Source: Rhodospirillaceae bacterium (GTDB lineage Bacteria; Pseudomonadota; Alphaproteobacteria; Rhodospirillales; Rhodospirillaceae). From it: a stretch of 64,000 nt of DNA. Position 1 is the stretch's first letter. Each line of letters starts with the position of its first letter. The position numbers were made by a program, and so were the translations under genes. The notes beneath the pieces were generated by a model. The model ran no database searches. It was not told the origin of the DNA and saw only the letters and a program-made list of their open reading frames with translations. The stretch covers positions 148,764 to 212,763 of the forward strand of contig CAXXPK010000005.1 of assembly GCA_963678075.2 (NCBI GenBank), written 5' to 3'. Below are positions 1-10,008 of the stretch, piece by piece.

Positions 1-1200
1 GCATCGTCATCGTCGGGGCGGGGCCGCCGGGCTTTCCGCCGCGTCGCGCCTGTCGCGGATGCTGGATGGCGCGTCGATCACCGTGATCGACGGCAGAAAG
101 ACGCATTTTTATCAGCCCGGCTTTACCCTGATTGCCGCCGGTTTGGTACCCAAGGAGTATTCGGTTACCGCCACCCGCGACTATCTGCCGTCGGGGGCGA
201 CCCTGATCGAGGAAGCGGTGGCGGAGTTCGATCCGGACGGCAACAAGGTGGTCACCGCGTCGGGCAAGGCGGTATCCCATGATTTCCTGATTGTCGCCGC
301 TGGGTTGTCCCTGGAGTACGGCGAGATTGCGGGGATGGAAGGTTTCGGCTATCGGCAAGGACGGCCTGGGCAGTGTCTATGCCGGGCCAGAGGCCGCCGC
401 CGCCACCTGGACGGCGATGTCGCATTTCGCCGAAACCGGTGGAAAGGGTCTGTTCTTCCGTCCGGCGACGGAGATGAAGTGCGCCGGCGCGCCTTTGAAA
501 TACACCTTCCTGACCGACGACGCGCTGCGCAAGAAGGGCGCTCGCGGCAAGACGGAACTGACCTTCGCCACGCAGAACAAGACTCTGTTCAGCGTGCCGA
601 TCGTGTCGGAAAAGGTGCGCATGCTGTTTTAAGGGCCGCAGCGTCAAGGTGGCCTATGACTATGTGCTAACCGCCATCGATATCGGGCGCAAGGTCGCCA
701 CCTTCTCCACTCCGAACGGCGCGGCGGAAAGCCCCTATGACTTCGTCAACGTGGTGCCGCCGATGCGTGCGCCCCAGGCCGTGCGCAACAGCCCGCTGCC
801 TTGGCGTACCGGTCCCTGGGCGTCCGAGGGCTGGGTCGAGGTTGACAAGGCGACGCTGCGGCACGTCCGCTTCCCCAACGTCTTCGCGGTGGGCGACATC
901 GCTGGAGTACCCAAGGGCAAAACCGCAGCCTCGGTCAAGTGGCAGGTGCCGGTGGCTCTTGACCATTTGGTCGCCGACATCGCGGGGGGCAAGTCCGTGT
1001 CGGTCTATGACGGCTATACCTCGTGTCCGCTGATCACCCAGTACGGCCGGGCGATGCTGGTGGAGTTCGATTACGGCAACAATCTGACGCCGTCGTTTCC
1101 CGGCGTCATCGCTCTCCTGGAGGAGCTGTGGATCACCTGGGTGGTGAAGACCATCGCCCTTAAACCCACCCACATCGCCATGCTGCGCGGTCGGGCCTGA
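1..1200 (+). pseudogene. Type II sulfide:quinone oxidoreductase-like FAD-dependent oxidoreductase, 5' end outside window, split over several frames
   Basis: Rossmann motif IVIVGAGPPG (nt 3-32, frame 3). Then LSAASRLSRMLDGASITVIDGRKTHFYQPGFTLIAAG (ORF 59..670). Then GKDGLGSVYAGP..KCAGAPLKYTF..VRMLF (ORF 291..632). Then KGRSVKVAYDYV..GDIAGVPKGKTAA..YDGYTSCPLIT (ORF 649..1200). Shifts lie at a G-run near nt 18-22, near nt 345 and at the T4 run 627-630. Confidence 0.8.
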
Positions 1201-1213
1201 AGGAGACGCGATC

Positions 1214-1564
1214 ATGAAGAACTTGGATCCGATGGTGTTCCTGGCGGTGTTACAGGAAATGATGGGCCCTCTGTTGTGGTTGCTGATCGCCTTGGCGGTG
1301 GCGGGCTTGGCCGGTCTGGCCATGGTGTTGGCGCGCGAACGCCGCATCGACAGCCACCGTCTGGTGTGGGCCGAGGCGGTGGGGCTTTTGGGTGGTGTCG
1401 CCTCCCTGATGCTGATGGCCAAGGTCACCTTTACCGACGCGGGTGGACCGGTGGATTGGCTGCTGATCGGCGTGATCTTCGGCATGGGCGCGGCGGGGGT
1501 CACGGTTCTGGCCTATGTTGCGATGGGGTGCATCAAGCATCGTTGCGGCTGCTGCGGCGGTTGA
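1214..1564 (+). CDS. Hypothetical small membrane protein
   Basis: 116-aa ORF with hydrophobic helices (LLWLLIALAVAGLAGLAMVLA, LLGGVASLMLMA, LLIGVIFGMGAAGVTVLAYVAM) and a Cys-rich tail. No family recognised. Confidence 0.5.
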   Translation: MKNLDPMVFLAVLQEMMGPLLWLLIALAVAGLAGLAMVLARERRIDSHRLVWAEAVGLLGGVASLMLMAKVTFTDAGGPVDWLLIGVIFGMGAAGVTVLAYVAMGCIKHRCGCCGG

Positions 1565-1669
1565 CCGGATCGCACGTCTCCGGTTGAGATTGCCGCCACG
1601 ATGGTGGTATAGGGACGGCGCGCCGCCGATGGAAACGAAGATGACGGCGCGGTTCCGGGTGATGAAACC

Positions 1670-2218
1670 ATGCTGACCACCTTCTCCTTGGCGGCGGGGC
1701 TGTCGGTCGATTCGTTGGCCGCGGCGCTGGCCACCGGTTTCGTTTTGCGCCGCCCGCGCGTCCGCGACGCGGCGATGGTCGGTGTCACCTTCGGCCTGTG
1801 TCAGATGGGCATCACCCTGTTTGGTATTCTGGTCGGGGTGGCGTTGCTGCGGACGGCCAGTGTCTGGGACCATTGGATTGCCTTCGTGCTGCTGGCCGTG
1901 GTCGGAGGCCGGATGATTCGCTACGCCCTGTGCGAACCGCCGCCCCACCCGGTCAAGCCGACCTGGGCCGCTTTGTTGGCGATGGGGGTCGGCACCAGCA
2001 TCGATGCTGGAATTGTCGGTATCGGCCTGGGCATGACCGAGGTCAATGCTCCCCTGACCGCGGCCGTGATCGGCGTCGTTACCTGCGCGTTTTCTTTCGG
2101 CGGAGTGATGTTCGGCTGTTGCGTCGGGCGGCGCACCGGAACCGTCGCCCAGGTCCTGGGCGGACTGACTCTGATGGTGATCGGCGCGCGCATTTTGGTG
2201 ACCCATCGGGCCGCCTGA
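1670..2218 (+). CDS. mntP: Manganese efflux pump, MntP family
   Basis: 182 aa. The N-terminus LAAGLSVDSLAAALATG and an overall six-helix repeat pattern are typical of MntP/YebN. Confidence 0.85.
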   Translation: MLTTFSLAAGLSVDSLAAALATGFVLRRPRVRDAAMVGVTFGLCQMGITLFGILVGVALLRTASVWDHWIAFVLLAVVGGRMIRYALCEPPPHPVKPTWAALLAMGVGTSIDAGIVGIGLGMTEVNAPLTAAVIGVVTCAFSFGGVMFGCCVGRRTGTVAQVLGGLTLMVIGARILVTHRAA

Positions 2219-2311
2219 ATTTTTCGGAGAACGCGGCAAGGGACTTGCGGAGTGCATCGCGATGCCTCAACTCTATAAGAGCTCCTCGTTTCCCGCCGCC
2301 GGATCGCCGCG

Positions 2312-4057
2312 ATGCCCCATGTCTCTCCCCTGATTTTCACCATTGTCGTCGGCATCGGCTTCGCCTTTGTCTTTGGCGCCATCGCGGTACGGCTGAAGGT
2401 GTCGCCACTGGTCGGGTACCTGCTGGCCGGAATCGTCGTCGGTCCTCACACGCCGGGTTTTGTCGCCGATCTGGAACTGGTGCCGCAGTTGGCGGAAATC
2501 GGCGTCGTTCTGCTGATGTTCGGTGTCGGGTTGCATTTTTCGTGGCGTGACCTGTTAAGCGTTGCCGGGGTTTCGGTTCCCGGCGCGTTGGCGCAGATGG
2601 TGGTGGCGACCGCATTGGGCACGACGTTGGCCTGGGCGATGGGCTGGCCGTTGGGGCAGGGGCTGGTGTTCGGCCTCGCCCTTTCGGTGGCCAGCACCGT
2701 GGTGCTGCTGCGCGCCTTGCAGGAACGTCACGTTCTTGACAGCGAACGCGGACGCATCGCGGTCGGTTGGCTGGTGGTCGAGGATATCGCCATGGTGCTG
2801 GTGCTGGTGTTGCTGCCCCCCCTGACCGGGATGCTGGGCGGGATCGCGCCGCCCACCGCCGGGGACTGGCTGGCCGAACACTTCCATCTTGGCCTGGGGG
2901 GCGTTCTGGCCGTGACCTTGGGCAAGGTCGCGGCCTTCGTCGCCCTGATGATGATCGTCGGGCGACGGGTGATTCCCTGGTTGCTGCACATCATCGCCCA
3001 CATGGGCTCGCGCGAGCTGTTTCGTCTGGCGGTGTTGGCGGTCGCGTTGACCGTCGCCTTCGTCGCGGCGATGTTGTTCGGAGTCTCCTTGGCCCTGGGG
3101 GCGTTCTTTGCCGGCATGGTGTTGAGCGAATCGGCGCTGAGCCAGCAGGCGGCGGAGGAGACCCTGCCGTTGCGCGACGCCTTCGCGGTGCTGTTCTTCG
3201 TTTCCGTCGGTATGCTGTTCGATCCGATGACCTTGCTGCGCGATCCCTGGCCGATTCTGGCGGTTTTGACGATTGTCATGGTCGGTAACGCGTTGACCGC
3301 CTTTGCCGTGGTCTCTCGCCTGGGGCATCCGCCGCCGACCGCCTGGATGTTGGCTGCGGGGGTTGGGCAGATCGGCGAGTTCTCGTTCATCCTGGCCGAT
3401 CTGGGGATAAGGCTGAATCTGTTGCCGCCGCGCGCCCGCGATTTGGTGCTGGCCGGGGCGATTTTGTCCATTTTGCTCAATCCCCTGGTCTTCCTGCTGT
3501 GCGAGCGGCGGCTTCTCCGCGCGGGGCCGTCGGCGGATGCCGAGGCGACGCCCGCGCCCGCGCCGCCGCGCCCGGTGATTCCGCCCACCACGCTGTCCGG
3601 TCATGTGGTGGTAGTCGGCGGCGGCGTGGTGGGCAGCCGCGTCATCGCCGAGCTTCGGCAGCGGCGGCTTCCTTTCCTGGTGATCGAGGAAGCGAAAACC
3701 CTGGTCGAGCGCCTGCGCGGCGAAGGGGCGGAAGTCTTCCTCGGCAATGCTGCCGATCATCACCTGCTTGAGGCGGCCAACCTGGAAGGCGCGCGCCAAA
3801 TGGTGGTGGCGATTCCCCAGGCGTTCGAGGCGGGGCAGGTGGTGGAGCAGGCGCGTGCCCTCAATCCGGGGCTGGAGATCGTCGCCCGCGCCTATTCCGG
3901 GCCAGAGACCGAATACCTGGAGGGTCTGGGCGCGGATGCGGTGATCACCGGCACCCACGAGGTGGCGCGGGCCATCGTGCTGCGCTTGGTCTATGCCGAG
4001 GAACCGCCGACCGACGACGGGCGGGCCGAGGCGGGCTTCCACGGCGCGTTCATCTGA
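2312..4057 (+). CDS. CPA2-family cation:proton antiporter with C-terminal TrkA-N/RCK domain (YbaL/KefB-like)
   Basis: 581 aa. Na_H exchanger-type membrane domain (LLAGIVVGPHTPGF, LLMFGVGLHFS) followed by an NAD-binding fold (GHVVVVGGGVVGSRV). Confidence 0.9.
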   Translation: MPHVSPLIFTIVVGIGFAFVFGAIAVRLKVSPLVGYLLAGIVVGPHTPGFVADLELVPQLAEIGVVLLMFGVGLHFSWRDLLSVAGVSVPGALAQMVVATALGTTLAWAMGWPLGQGLVFGLALSVASTVVLLRALQERHVLDSERGRIAVGWLVVEDIAMVLVLVLLPPLTGMLGGIAPPTAGDWLAEHFHLGLGGVLAVTLGKVAAFVALMMIVGRRVIPWLLHIIAHMGSRELFRLAVLAVALTVAFVAAMLFGVSLALGAFFAGMVLSESALSQQAAEETLPLRDAFAVLFFVSVGMLFDPMTLLRDPWPILAVLTIVMVGNALTAFAVVSRLGHPPPTAWMLAAGVGQIGEFSFILADLGIRLNLLPPRARDLVLAGAILSILLNPLVFLLCERRLLRAGPSADAEATPAPAPPRPVIPPTTLSGHVVVVGGGVVGSRVIAELRQRRLPFLVIEEAKTLVERLRGEGAEVFLGNAADHHLLEAANLEGARQMVVAIPQAFEAGQVVEQARALNPGLEIVARAYSGPETEYLEGLGADAVITGTHEVARAIVLRLVYAEEPPTDDGRAEAGFHGAFI

Positions 4058-4133
4058 TCGGCGGCATGGCGGCGGGGAAAAATTAAAGGGCGCCGTCACG
4101 AAAACGTAAGCCCTTGGGTGGTCTTTAGAAAAA

Positions 4134-4210
4134 TGGTGCGCCCGGGGGGACTCGAACCTCCAGCCTTCTGATTCGTAGTCAGATGCTCTATCCAATTGAG
4201 CTACGGGCGC
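4134..4210 (-). tRNA. tRNA-Arg (anticodon ACG)
   Basis: The reverse complement reads GCGCCCGTAGCTCAATTGGATAGAGCATCTGACTACGAATCAGAAGGCTGGAGGTTCGAGTCCCCCCGGGCGCACCA. It has a cloverleaf, anticodon loop CTACGAA and an encoded CCA. Confidence 0.93.
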
Positions 4211-4284
4211 TTAACCCTTGCCCGGCGGTGCCGAGCAAGGGCGTCTGAATACTCAATTCCCGAGGGCCGCGCAAGACAAAAATC

Positions 4285-5193
4285 TTAAAGATTGGAGGCG
4301 GTGGTGCGACCGAAGGCGGCCAGCCGTTCGCGGCGGCGCGCCCGCAGCCATCCGCCCTCGACATGACGCAGGGTTTCCAGGCGGGCCAGCAATGCGGCGC
4401 CGATCTCGCGTGCCGCGATGCGGGGGTGACGGTGGGCGCCGCCGGGCGGTTCGGGAATCACCGCGTCGATCACGCCGTGCGCTTTCAGGGCGGCGGCGGT
4501 CAGCCCCAGGGATTCGGCGGCGGCGGCCAGCGCCCGCGCCGGGTCCGTGGTTTCCGGCCAAAGGGCGGCGACGGCGGCTTCCGGGGGAAGTGGCGAAAGG
4601 ACGGCGTGTTCCAGCATCATCGTTGCGTCGGCGCTGACGTAAAGGGCGGCGGCCGGTCCGGCCAGCGCGCCTGAAATCACCGTCAGCAGCGGCACGCGGA
4701 TATCCAGCGCCGCGTCCAGGCAGCGGTTGAGGGAGAGACCGATATTGCCGTCATCCGCCGCTGCGGCGGCGATGATGACCACCGGCAGACGGAAACGGTC
4801 GGCCAGACGCAGAAGTCGCTCGGTCTTGCACAAGCCACCCGTTTTCGGCGGATCGTCCGGGTGGGTACGGTCGTGGCCGATCAGAACCACGCCGTGGTCC
4901 TTGATTCGGGCGATGCCGCCGACGGCGCGCGGGTCGTCGCCGTTGGCGCGGTCGCCATGCAGTTCGATGAAGTCGCGGCTGATCGCGTGGATGATTTCGC
5001 GCGCGCCGGGGCGATCGGGGTGGCGGGCCACTTGCACCGTTTGCCATGGGGCGAGGCGGCCGTAGAGGCTTTCCAACTGTCGGTCGATGCGGGATTGCAG
5101 GCGCGTCTCGTCCTCGCCGCCGCCATCGTGGCGGAGTTCGGCAAGTTCGGCCTCGAGCGCCGCGATCGCATCTTCGAAATCGAGAAACAGCAT
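4285..5193 (-). CDS. AccA-like carboxyltransferase alpha-subunit paralog with degenerate active-site motifs
   Basis: 302 aa, colinear with AccA (LDFE..IA.LE, ARHP.RP, GDR..GDD.A.VGGIARI, IPEP.GGAHR). The AccA blocks FIDTPGAYPG and GEGGSGGALA are replaced by IIAAAAADDG and SGALAGPAAALY. Confidence 0.7.
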   Translation of the reverse strand: MLFLDFEDAIAALEAELAELRHDGGGEDETRLQSRIDRQLESLYGRLAPWQTVQVARHPDRPGAREIIHAISRDFIELHGDRANGDDPRAVGGIARIKDHGVVLIGHDRTHPDDPPKTGGLCKTERLLRLADRFRLPVVIIAAAAADDGNIGLSLNRCLDAALDIRVPLLTVISGALAGPAAALYVSADATMMLEHAVLSPLPPEAAVAALWPETTDPARALAAAAESLGLTAAALKAHGVIDAVIPEPPGGAHRHPRIAAREIGAALLARLETLRHVEGGWLRARRRERLAAFGRTTASNL

Positions 5194-5354
5194 GAAAAAC
5201 TCGTCGGTGACCGGTCAGGCCGACAGCATACGCGTTTTTATGCGTCCGTCACCGCCCCAATGGGCAGGGGGACGGGAAGGGGCCGCGCCGAAGGGTAGTT
5301 TGACGCGGGCCGATGGGGTTGTGAAGAGGGGCCGCAAAAAAGCCTTAGGTTCCG

Positions 5355-5382
5355 TAGACAGGCCTGTCTTTTCGGGTATAAT
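5355..5382 (+). promoter_or_regulatory. Candidate sigma70-type promoter for scpA
   Basis: TAGACA (5355-5360), a 16-bp spacer, then a perfect TATAAT (5377-5382), about 75 nt upstream of the scpA ATG. Confidence 0.35.
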
Positions 5383-5454
5383 GCCGCCGCTTGCGAACGA
5401 CCAAAAAGCTGGAAAACCGGCGTGGCGTTCGACCTTCAATAGGGGAAATTCACA

Positions 5455-7611
5455 ATGGCCGTTAAATTCGAACAGTCCCGGGCTGCCTGGGAATCCGCCG
5501 TCTCGAAAGACCTGAAGGGGAAGGCCTGGGAATCCCTGGTCCGCGAAACCCCCGAAGGGATCAAGGTTAAACCGTTGTATACGGCTGAAGATCTGGAAGG
5601 CCTGGAACACCTCAACACGTTCCCGGGCCAGCCGCCGTTCGTGCGCGGCCCGCGCGCGACCATGTATACCGGTCGCCCGTGGACGATCCGTCAGTATGCC
5701 GGTTTCTCCACCGCCGAAGAATCCAACCGCTTCTACCGTGCCAACTTGGCCGCCGGTCAGCAAGGCGTGTCGGTGGCTTTCGACTTGGCGACCCACCGCG
5801 GGTATGACTCCGATCATCCGCGCGTCGTCGGCGATGTCGGCAAGGCTGGCGTGGCGATCGATTCCATCGAAGACATGAAGATCCTGTTCGACGGTATTCC
5901 GTTGGACAAGATGTCCGTTTCGATGACCATGAACGGCGCGGTGGTTCCGATTCTCGCGGGCTACATCGTCGCTGGCGAAGAAAGCGGCGTGAAGCCGGCC
6001 GACATGGCCGGTACGATCCAGAACGACATTCTCAAGGAGTTCATGGTTCGTAACACCTACATTTACCCGCCGGCTCCGTCGATGCGGATCATCTCCGACA
6101 TCATCGCCTATACCTCGGCGAACATGCCGCGCTTCAATTCCATCTCCATCTCCGGCTACCACATCCAGGAAGCTGGCGCCACCGCAGTGCAGGAACTCGC
6201 CTTCACCCTGGCCGATGGTCTGGAATACGCCAAGGCCGCGATCGCGACCGGCCTGAATGTTGATGCTTTCGCGCCGCGCCTGTCGTTCTTCTTCGGCATC
6301 GGCATGAACTTCTTCATGGAAATCGCGAAGCTTCGCGCCGCTCGTTTCCTGTGGGCGAACCTGGTGAGCCAGTTCAACCCGAAGAAGATGGATTCGCTCG
6401 CTCTGCGCACCCATTGCCAGACCTCGGGTTGGTCGTTGGCGGAAAAGGATCCGTACAACAACGTCATCCGCACCACCATCGAATGCATGGCGGCGGTTCT
6501 GGGCGGCACGCAGTCCCTGCACACCAACGCTCTGGACGAAGCGATTGCGCTGCCGACCCCGTTCTCGGCTCGTATCGCCCGTAACACCCAGATCGTCGTG
6601 CAGGAAGAGTCTCGGGTCACCCAGACCGTCGATCCGATGGCCGGTTCCTACTACGTCGAGTCCCTGACCGGTTCCCTGATCGTCGAAGCTCAGAAGCTGA
6701 TGGACGAGATCGCCGAATTGGGCGGCATGGCCAAGGCTATCGAATCCGGCATGCCGAAGCTGAAGATCGAGGAGGCCGCGGCTCGCCGTCAGGCCGCTAT
6801 CGATCGTGGCACCGAAGTCATCGTCGGCGTCAACAAGTACAAGCAGAAAGAAGAAGCCCCGATCGACATCCTGGATGTCGATAACTCCGCCGTTCGCGAC
6901 TCGCAGATCGCCCGCTTGAAGCAGATCCGCGCCACTCGCGACGAGAAGACCTGCCAGGCTGCCCTCGACGCCATTACCAAGGCGACCGAGTCCGGCGAAG
7001 GCAACATTCTCGATCTGGCCGTGGCCGCTACCCGCGCCCGTGCCACCGTCGGTGAAATCTCGATGTCCATCGAAAAGGTGGTCGGCCGTTACAACGCCCA
7101 GATCCGTACGGTCTCCGGCGTGTATGGCGCGGCTTTCGAAGGCGATGCCGACTTCGAAGCCCTGAAGAAGGAGATCGATGCCTTCGCCGAGAAGGAAGGC
7201 CGTCGTCCGCGTATGCTGATCGCCAAGATCGGTCAGGATGGCCATGATCGTGGCCAGAAGGTGGTGGCTTCGGCCTTCGCCGATCTGGGCTTCGACGTGG
7301 ATGTCGGTCCGTTGTTCCAGACCCCGGAAGAAGCCGCCAAGATGGCCGTCGAAAACGACGTTCATGTGGTTGGTTTCTCGTCGCTAGCCGCCGGTCACAA
7401 GACCCTGGCTCCGACGCTGATCAACGAGATGAAGAAGCTCGGCGTTAAGAACCCGGTCGTGTTCGTGGGCGGCGTTATCCCGGCCCAGGATTACGACTTC
7501 CTGTTCAAGGCGGGCGTCAAGGCCGTGTTCGGCCCCGGCACCCATCTGCCGACCTGCGCCCGCAAGGTGCTGGAAATCCTGAATGGCGCTCCGGCCGCCG
7601 CCGCCGAGTAA
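5455..7611 (+). CDS. scpA: Methylmalonyl-CoA mutase, single-chain large form with C-terminal B12-binding domain
   Basis: 718 aa. Motifs include [48 protein letters not shown] and [13 protein letters not shown]. Confidence 0.97.
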   Translation: MAVKFEQSRAAWESAVSKDLKGKAWESLVRETPEGIKVKPLYTAEDLEGLEHLNTFPGQPPFVRGPRATMYTGRPWTIRQYAGFSTAEESNRFYRANLAAGQQGVSVAFDLATHRGYDSDHPRVVGDVGKAGVAIDSIEDMKILFDGIPLDKMSVSMTMNGAVVPILAGYIVAGEESGVKPADMAGTIQNDILKEFMVRNTYIYPPAPSMRIISDIIAYTSANMPRFNSISISGYHIQEAGATAVQELAFTLADGLEYAKAAIATGLNVDAFAPRLSFFFGIGMNFFMEIAKLRAARFLWANLVSQFNPKKMDSLALRTHCQTSGWSLAEKDPYNNVIRTTIECMAAVLGGTQSLHTNALDEAIALPTPFSARIARNTQIVVQEESRVTQTVDPMAGSYYVESLTGSLIVEAQKLMDEIAELGGMAKAIESGMPKLKIEEAAARRQAAIDRGTEVIVGVNKYKQKEEAPIDILDVDNSAVRDSQIARLKQIRATRDEKTCQAALDAITKATESGEGNILDLAVAATRARATVGEISMSIEKVVGRYNAQIRTVSGVYGAAFEGDADFEALKKEIDAFAEKEGRRPRMLIAKIGQDGHDRGQKVVASAFADLGFDVDVGPLFQTPEEAAKMAVENDVHVVGFSSLAAGHKTLAPTLINEMKKLGVKNPVVFVGGVIPAQDYDFLFKAGVKAVFGPGTHLPTCARKVLEILNGAPAAAAE

Positions 7612-7635
7612 TCGGTTTCGGTAACGGACTGCGAA

Positions 7636-7668
7636 AGAGCACCGGGCTTCGGCCCGGTGCTCTTTTTA
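7636..7668 (+). terminator. Rho-independent terminator after scpA
   Basis: 12-bp perfect stem AGAGCACCGGGC / GCCCGGTGCTCT with a TTCG loop, followed by TTTTA. Confidence 0.8.
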
Positions 7669-7741
7669 TGGCGTGACCCGCGTCACTGCGATTCGCTCGC
7701 CAAGGTGGGAGGATAAAGCGGTATCCGGAGTGGGAGACGCC

Positions 7742-8404
7742 ATGCAACGCATCCTGGGCGAGATTGTGGTTCTGGTGATGGCCGCCGTGGTCTCCGTCGC
7801 GGTCTTGAGCCCTGGCGTCCAGGTCGTTATCGCCGGGGTTCGCCCCAGCCCCGGCGATACCGCTTTTCTGATCCTAGGCATGGTTTATGGCATGGTGGCG
7901 CCGATCGGCTATTTTCTGGCCGAGACATGGTGGCGCCGGGCCCTGGTCTTGATGCTTGCCACCGTCGCCGCCGCGACCATCGTCGCGGCTTCCTACCTGT
8001 TCGAGACCCGCCAACCGTTGCCTGCGTTGGCGGGTTCTGGCGTCGCTTCTGGCCGTCTTTCCGTCGTCGTCGAGGTGGCGCGTGGCGCGCGCGTCGCCGT
8101 CGGCTCGGGCTCGGATTTTGCACAAGCGGCGCTGTTGGCGGAACGCTTGGCCTTGGCGTCGGCCTGGGTTGCCGCGCGCGAGGCCGGCGGCGGCGGCGAT
8201 GCGATCGGTCGTGTCGATCGGGCGTGGTCGGCCCTTGAAGGCGATCTCCGCGCCAACCCGGTGATCGCGGCGGCGCCTTTCGTGGCGCGTTTGGTTGGCG
8301 AGATGCGCACCCGACTTCGCCCCGCCGCGCGGAGGTCGAGGGAGGGGTGGGGCGAAACCACCCTTCCGTCCTCCCTGCGCCCACCCCTTTATCAGGCACC
8401 CTGA
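7742..8404 (+). CDS. Hypothetical membrane protein
   Basis: ORF 7673..8404. ATG at 7742, followed by three hydrophobic helices and an Ala/Arg-rich tail. No family recognised, and the start is uncertain. Confidence 0.4.
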   Translation: MQRILGEIVVLVMAAVVSVAVLSPGVQVVIAGVRPSPGDTAFLILGMVYGMVAPIGYFLAETWWRRALVLMLATVAAATIVAASYLFETRQPLPALAGSGVASGRLSVVVEVARGARVAVGSGSDFAQAALLAERLALASAWVAAREAGGGGDAIGRVDRAWSALEGDLRANPVIAAAPFVARLVGEMRTRLRPAARRSREGWGETTLPSSLRPPLYQAP

Positions 8405-8511
8405 GCGCGGTTTTCCTGCGTTTTACTGCTGTTTCCGGCCAAGGAAAAGGGTTGGCCGGGCGGGCGAACGTGCTACACTCGCACTGCCCGTTTAAGAGCG
8501 CATGACGTCAG

Positions 8512-8913
8512 TTGCGGATAATGAGTTGGCTCCGAAATGGCTTTCTTCGGCTATTCATGTCGAAGGAAGCGCGCGAGAAGATGGATGCCTATCACTCGGT
8601 GGTGCGGCGGGGGCCGCAGCTTAGGGAGGCCTTGGCTTCTTCGCCCGAGCCGATGTCCGAACAAGAGAGGACCGAGGCAGTGGACGCTGCGGTGGCGCGC
8701 ATCGCTTTGGCGGAGGGGATCGACCGGACGGAGGTGCGCACGCAGGGGGCGGAGCGCGTTCATCCTTCGACCGGACGGGCCGAATTGATCCGGCGAGCCA
8801 TGGCACTTCATAAGGAAAAACAAACCGTTTTGGCCGGACTCGACGATCAGACGCGGCAGAAGCTTGCTGCCGCCGCGATGCAGGCGTTTTTCAACGAGAG
8901 GCCCAAGACATAA
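8512..8913 (+). CDS. Hypothetical protein directly upstream of meaB
   Basis: 133-aa ORF (TTG start in the track; ATG alternatives at 8521 and 8557). It ends 12 nt before meaB. No family recognised. Confidence 0.45.
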   Translation: MRIMSWLRNGFLRLFMSKEAREKMDAYHSVVRRGPQLREALASSPEPMSEQERTEAVDAAVARIALAEGIDRTEVRTQGAERVHPSTGRAELIRRAMALHKEKQTVLAGLDDQTRQKLAAAAMQAFFNERPKT

Positions 8914-8925
8914 GGGGAAGTAGCC

Positions 8926-9963
8926 GTGACGACGCTGAATATGACGCAAATGGTGACACGACCGACCGGACCGCAATACGACGTCGATGAACTTTACGAG
9001 GGGGTTCTGGCCGCGAACACGCTGTCGTTGGCGCGCGCGATCACCTTGATCGAATCGCAGCGCCACGATCACCGTGAAGTTGCCGATCAATTGTTGACCA
9101 AGCTTCTGCCGCATACGGGAAAATCCTTGCGGATCGGTCTGTCCGGGGTCCCTGGCGCGGGTAAGTCCACCTTTACCGAAGCCTTTGGTAACTATGTCAC
9201 CGGACAGGGCCATCGCATCGCGGTGTTGGCGATCGATCCCTCCAGTCCAAAGACCAAGGGCTCGATCCTGGGCGACAAGACCCGCATGGAGCACCTGGCG
9301 ACCAATCCCAACGCCTACATCCGCCCGTCTCCGTCGGGCTGCACCCTGGGCGGCGTGGCGCGACGGACCCGCGAGGCAATGCTGATCTGCGAGGCGGCGG
9401 GTTACGACATCATTCTGGTGGAAACCGTCGGAGTCGGTCAGTCGGAAATCGCGGTGGCGCGGATGACTGATGTCTTCGTGCTGGTTTTGGTTCCCGGTGG
9501 CGGCGACGAATTGCAGGGCATCAAGAAGGGCATCGTCGAGTTGGCCGATGTGCTGGTCGTGAACAAGGCCGACGGCGATTTGGAACGGGCGGCGGATCGT
9601 GCCAAGGGGTCCTATCAGAATGCCCTGCAACTGTTGTATCCTTCGACGTCGAAGTGGATTCCGCCGGTTCTGAAGGTGTCGTCCGTGGAAAACCGGGGTG
9701 TCGATACCACGTGGGAGACGCTGAACGACTTCAAGGACGTGATGATCGAAACCGGGAACTTTGAAAAGCGGCGGATGTCGCAGGCCCGGGATTGGATGTG
9801 GTCCGAGGTCGGCGACAATCTGATGGAGGCCTTGCGCGCGCACCCGGCGGTGAACGCGATGGTCGGCAGTCTTGAGGGCGAGGTCGCCCATTCGCGGGCG
9901 ACGCCGTCGTCGGCCGCCAAGGCGATGATGGAAGCCTTCGTGAGGGGCAGCTACCGGCCGTAA
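8926..9963 (+). CDS. meaB: Methylmalonyl-CoA mutase-associated GTPase MeaB (ArgK family)
   Basis: 345 aa. P-loop GVPGAGKSTF, then DPSSPKTKGSILGDKTRM and VVNKADGD. Confidence 0.95.
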   Translation: MTTLNMTQMVTRPTGPQYDVDELYEGVLAANTLSLARAITLIESQRHDHREVADQLLTKLLPHTGKSLRIGLSGVPGAGKSTFTEAFGNYVTGQGHRIAVLAIDPSSPKTKGSILGDKTRMEHLATNPNAYIRPSPSGCTLGGVARRTREAMLICEAAGYDIILVETVGVGQSEIAVARMTDVFVLVLVPGGGDELQGIKKGIVELADVLVVNKADGDLERAADRAKGSYQNALQLLYPSTSKWIPPVLKVSSVENRGVDTTWETLNDFKDVMIETGNFEKRRMSQARDWMWSEVGDNLMEALRAHPAVNAMVGSLEGEVAHSRATPSSAAKAMMEAFVRGSYRP

Positions 9964-10008
9964 TCCGGCAGCGGTGGCCCGGTGATCTGGTAAGGGACGG
10001 ATAAGACG

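Noticed and set aside
1565-1669. Expected yybP-ykoY manganese riboswitch upstream of mntP.
   Set aside because: I could not find the conserved GGGGAGTAG / GACATA-type cores or the four-way junction pattern in the 105-nt leader.
5194-5454. Cobalamin riboswitch upstream of B12-related genes (scpA, meaB, cobST operon).
   Set aside because: No B12 box (GCCACTG-like) or matching conserved stems are seen in 5194-5454, 8405-8925 or 14628-14988 on either strand.
5215-7365. Very long alternative-frame or antisense ORFs. Examples: 716 aa antisense to scpA; 829 aa at 8551..11040; 761 aa at 12459..14744; 1124 aa at 52124..55498 antisense to secA; 546 aa at 2555..4195; 512 aa at 60720..62258.
   Set aside because: They overlap genes with unambiguous family motifs on the other strand or frame. 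They are Arg/Gly/His/Gln-rich low-complexity translations typical of stop-poor high-GC DNA, and they carry no recognisable domains. The one exception is the first ~115 codons of 52124..55498, which are the real MscS fragment.
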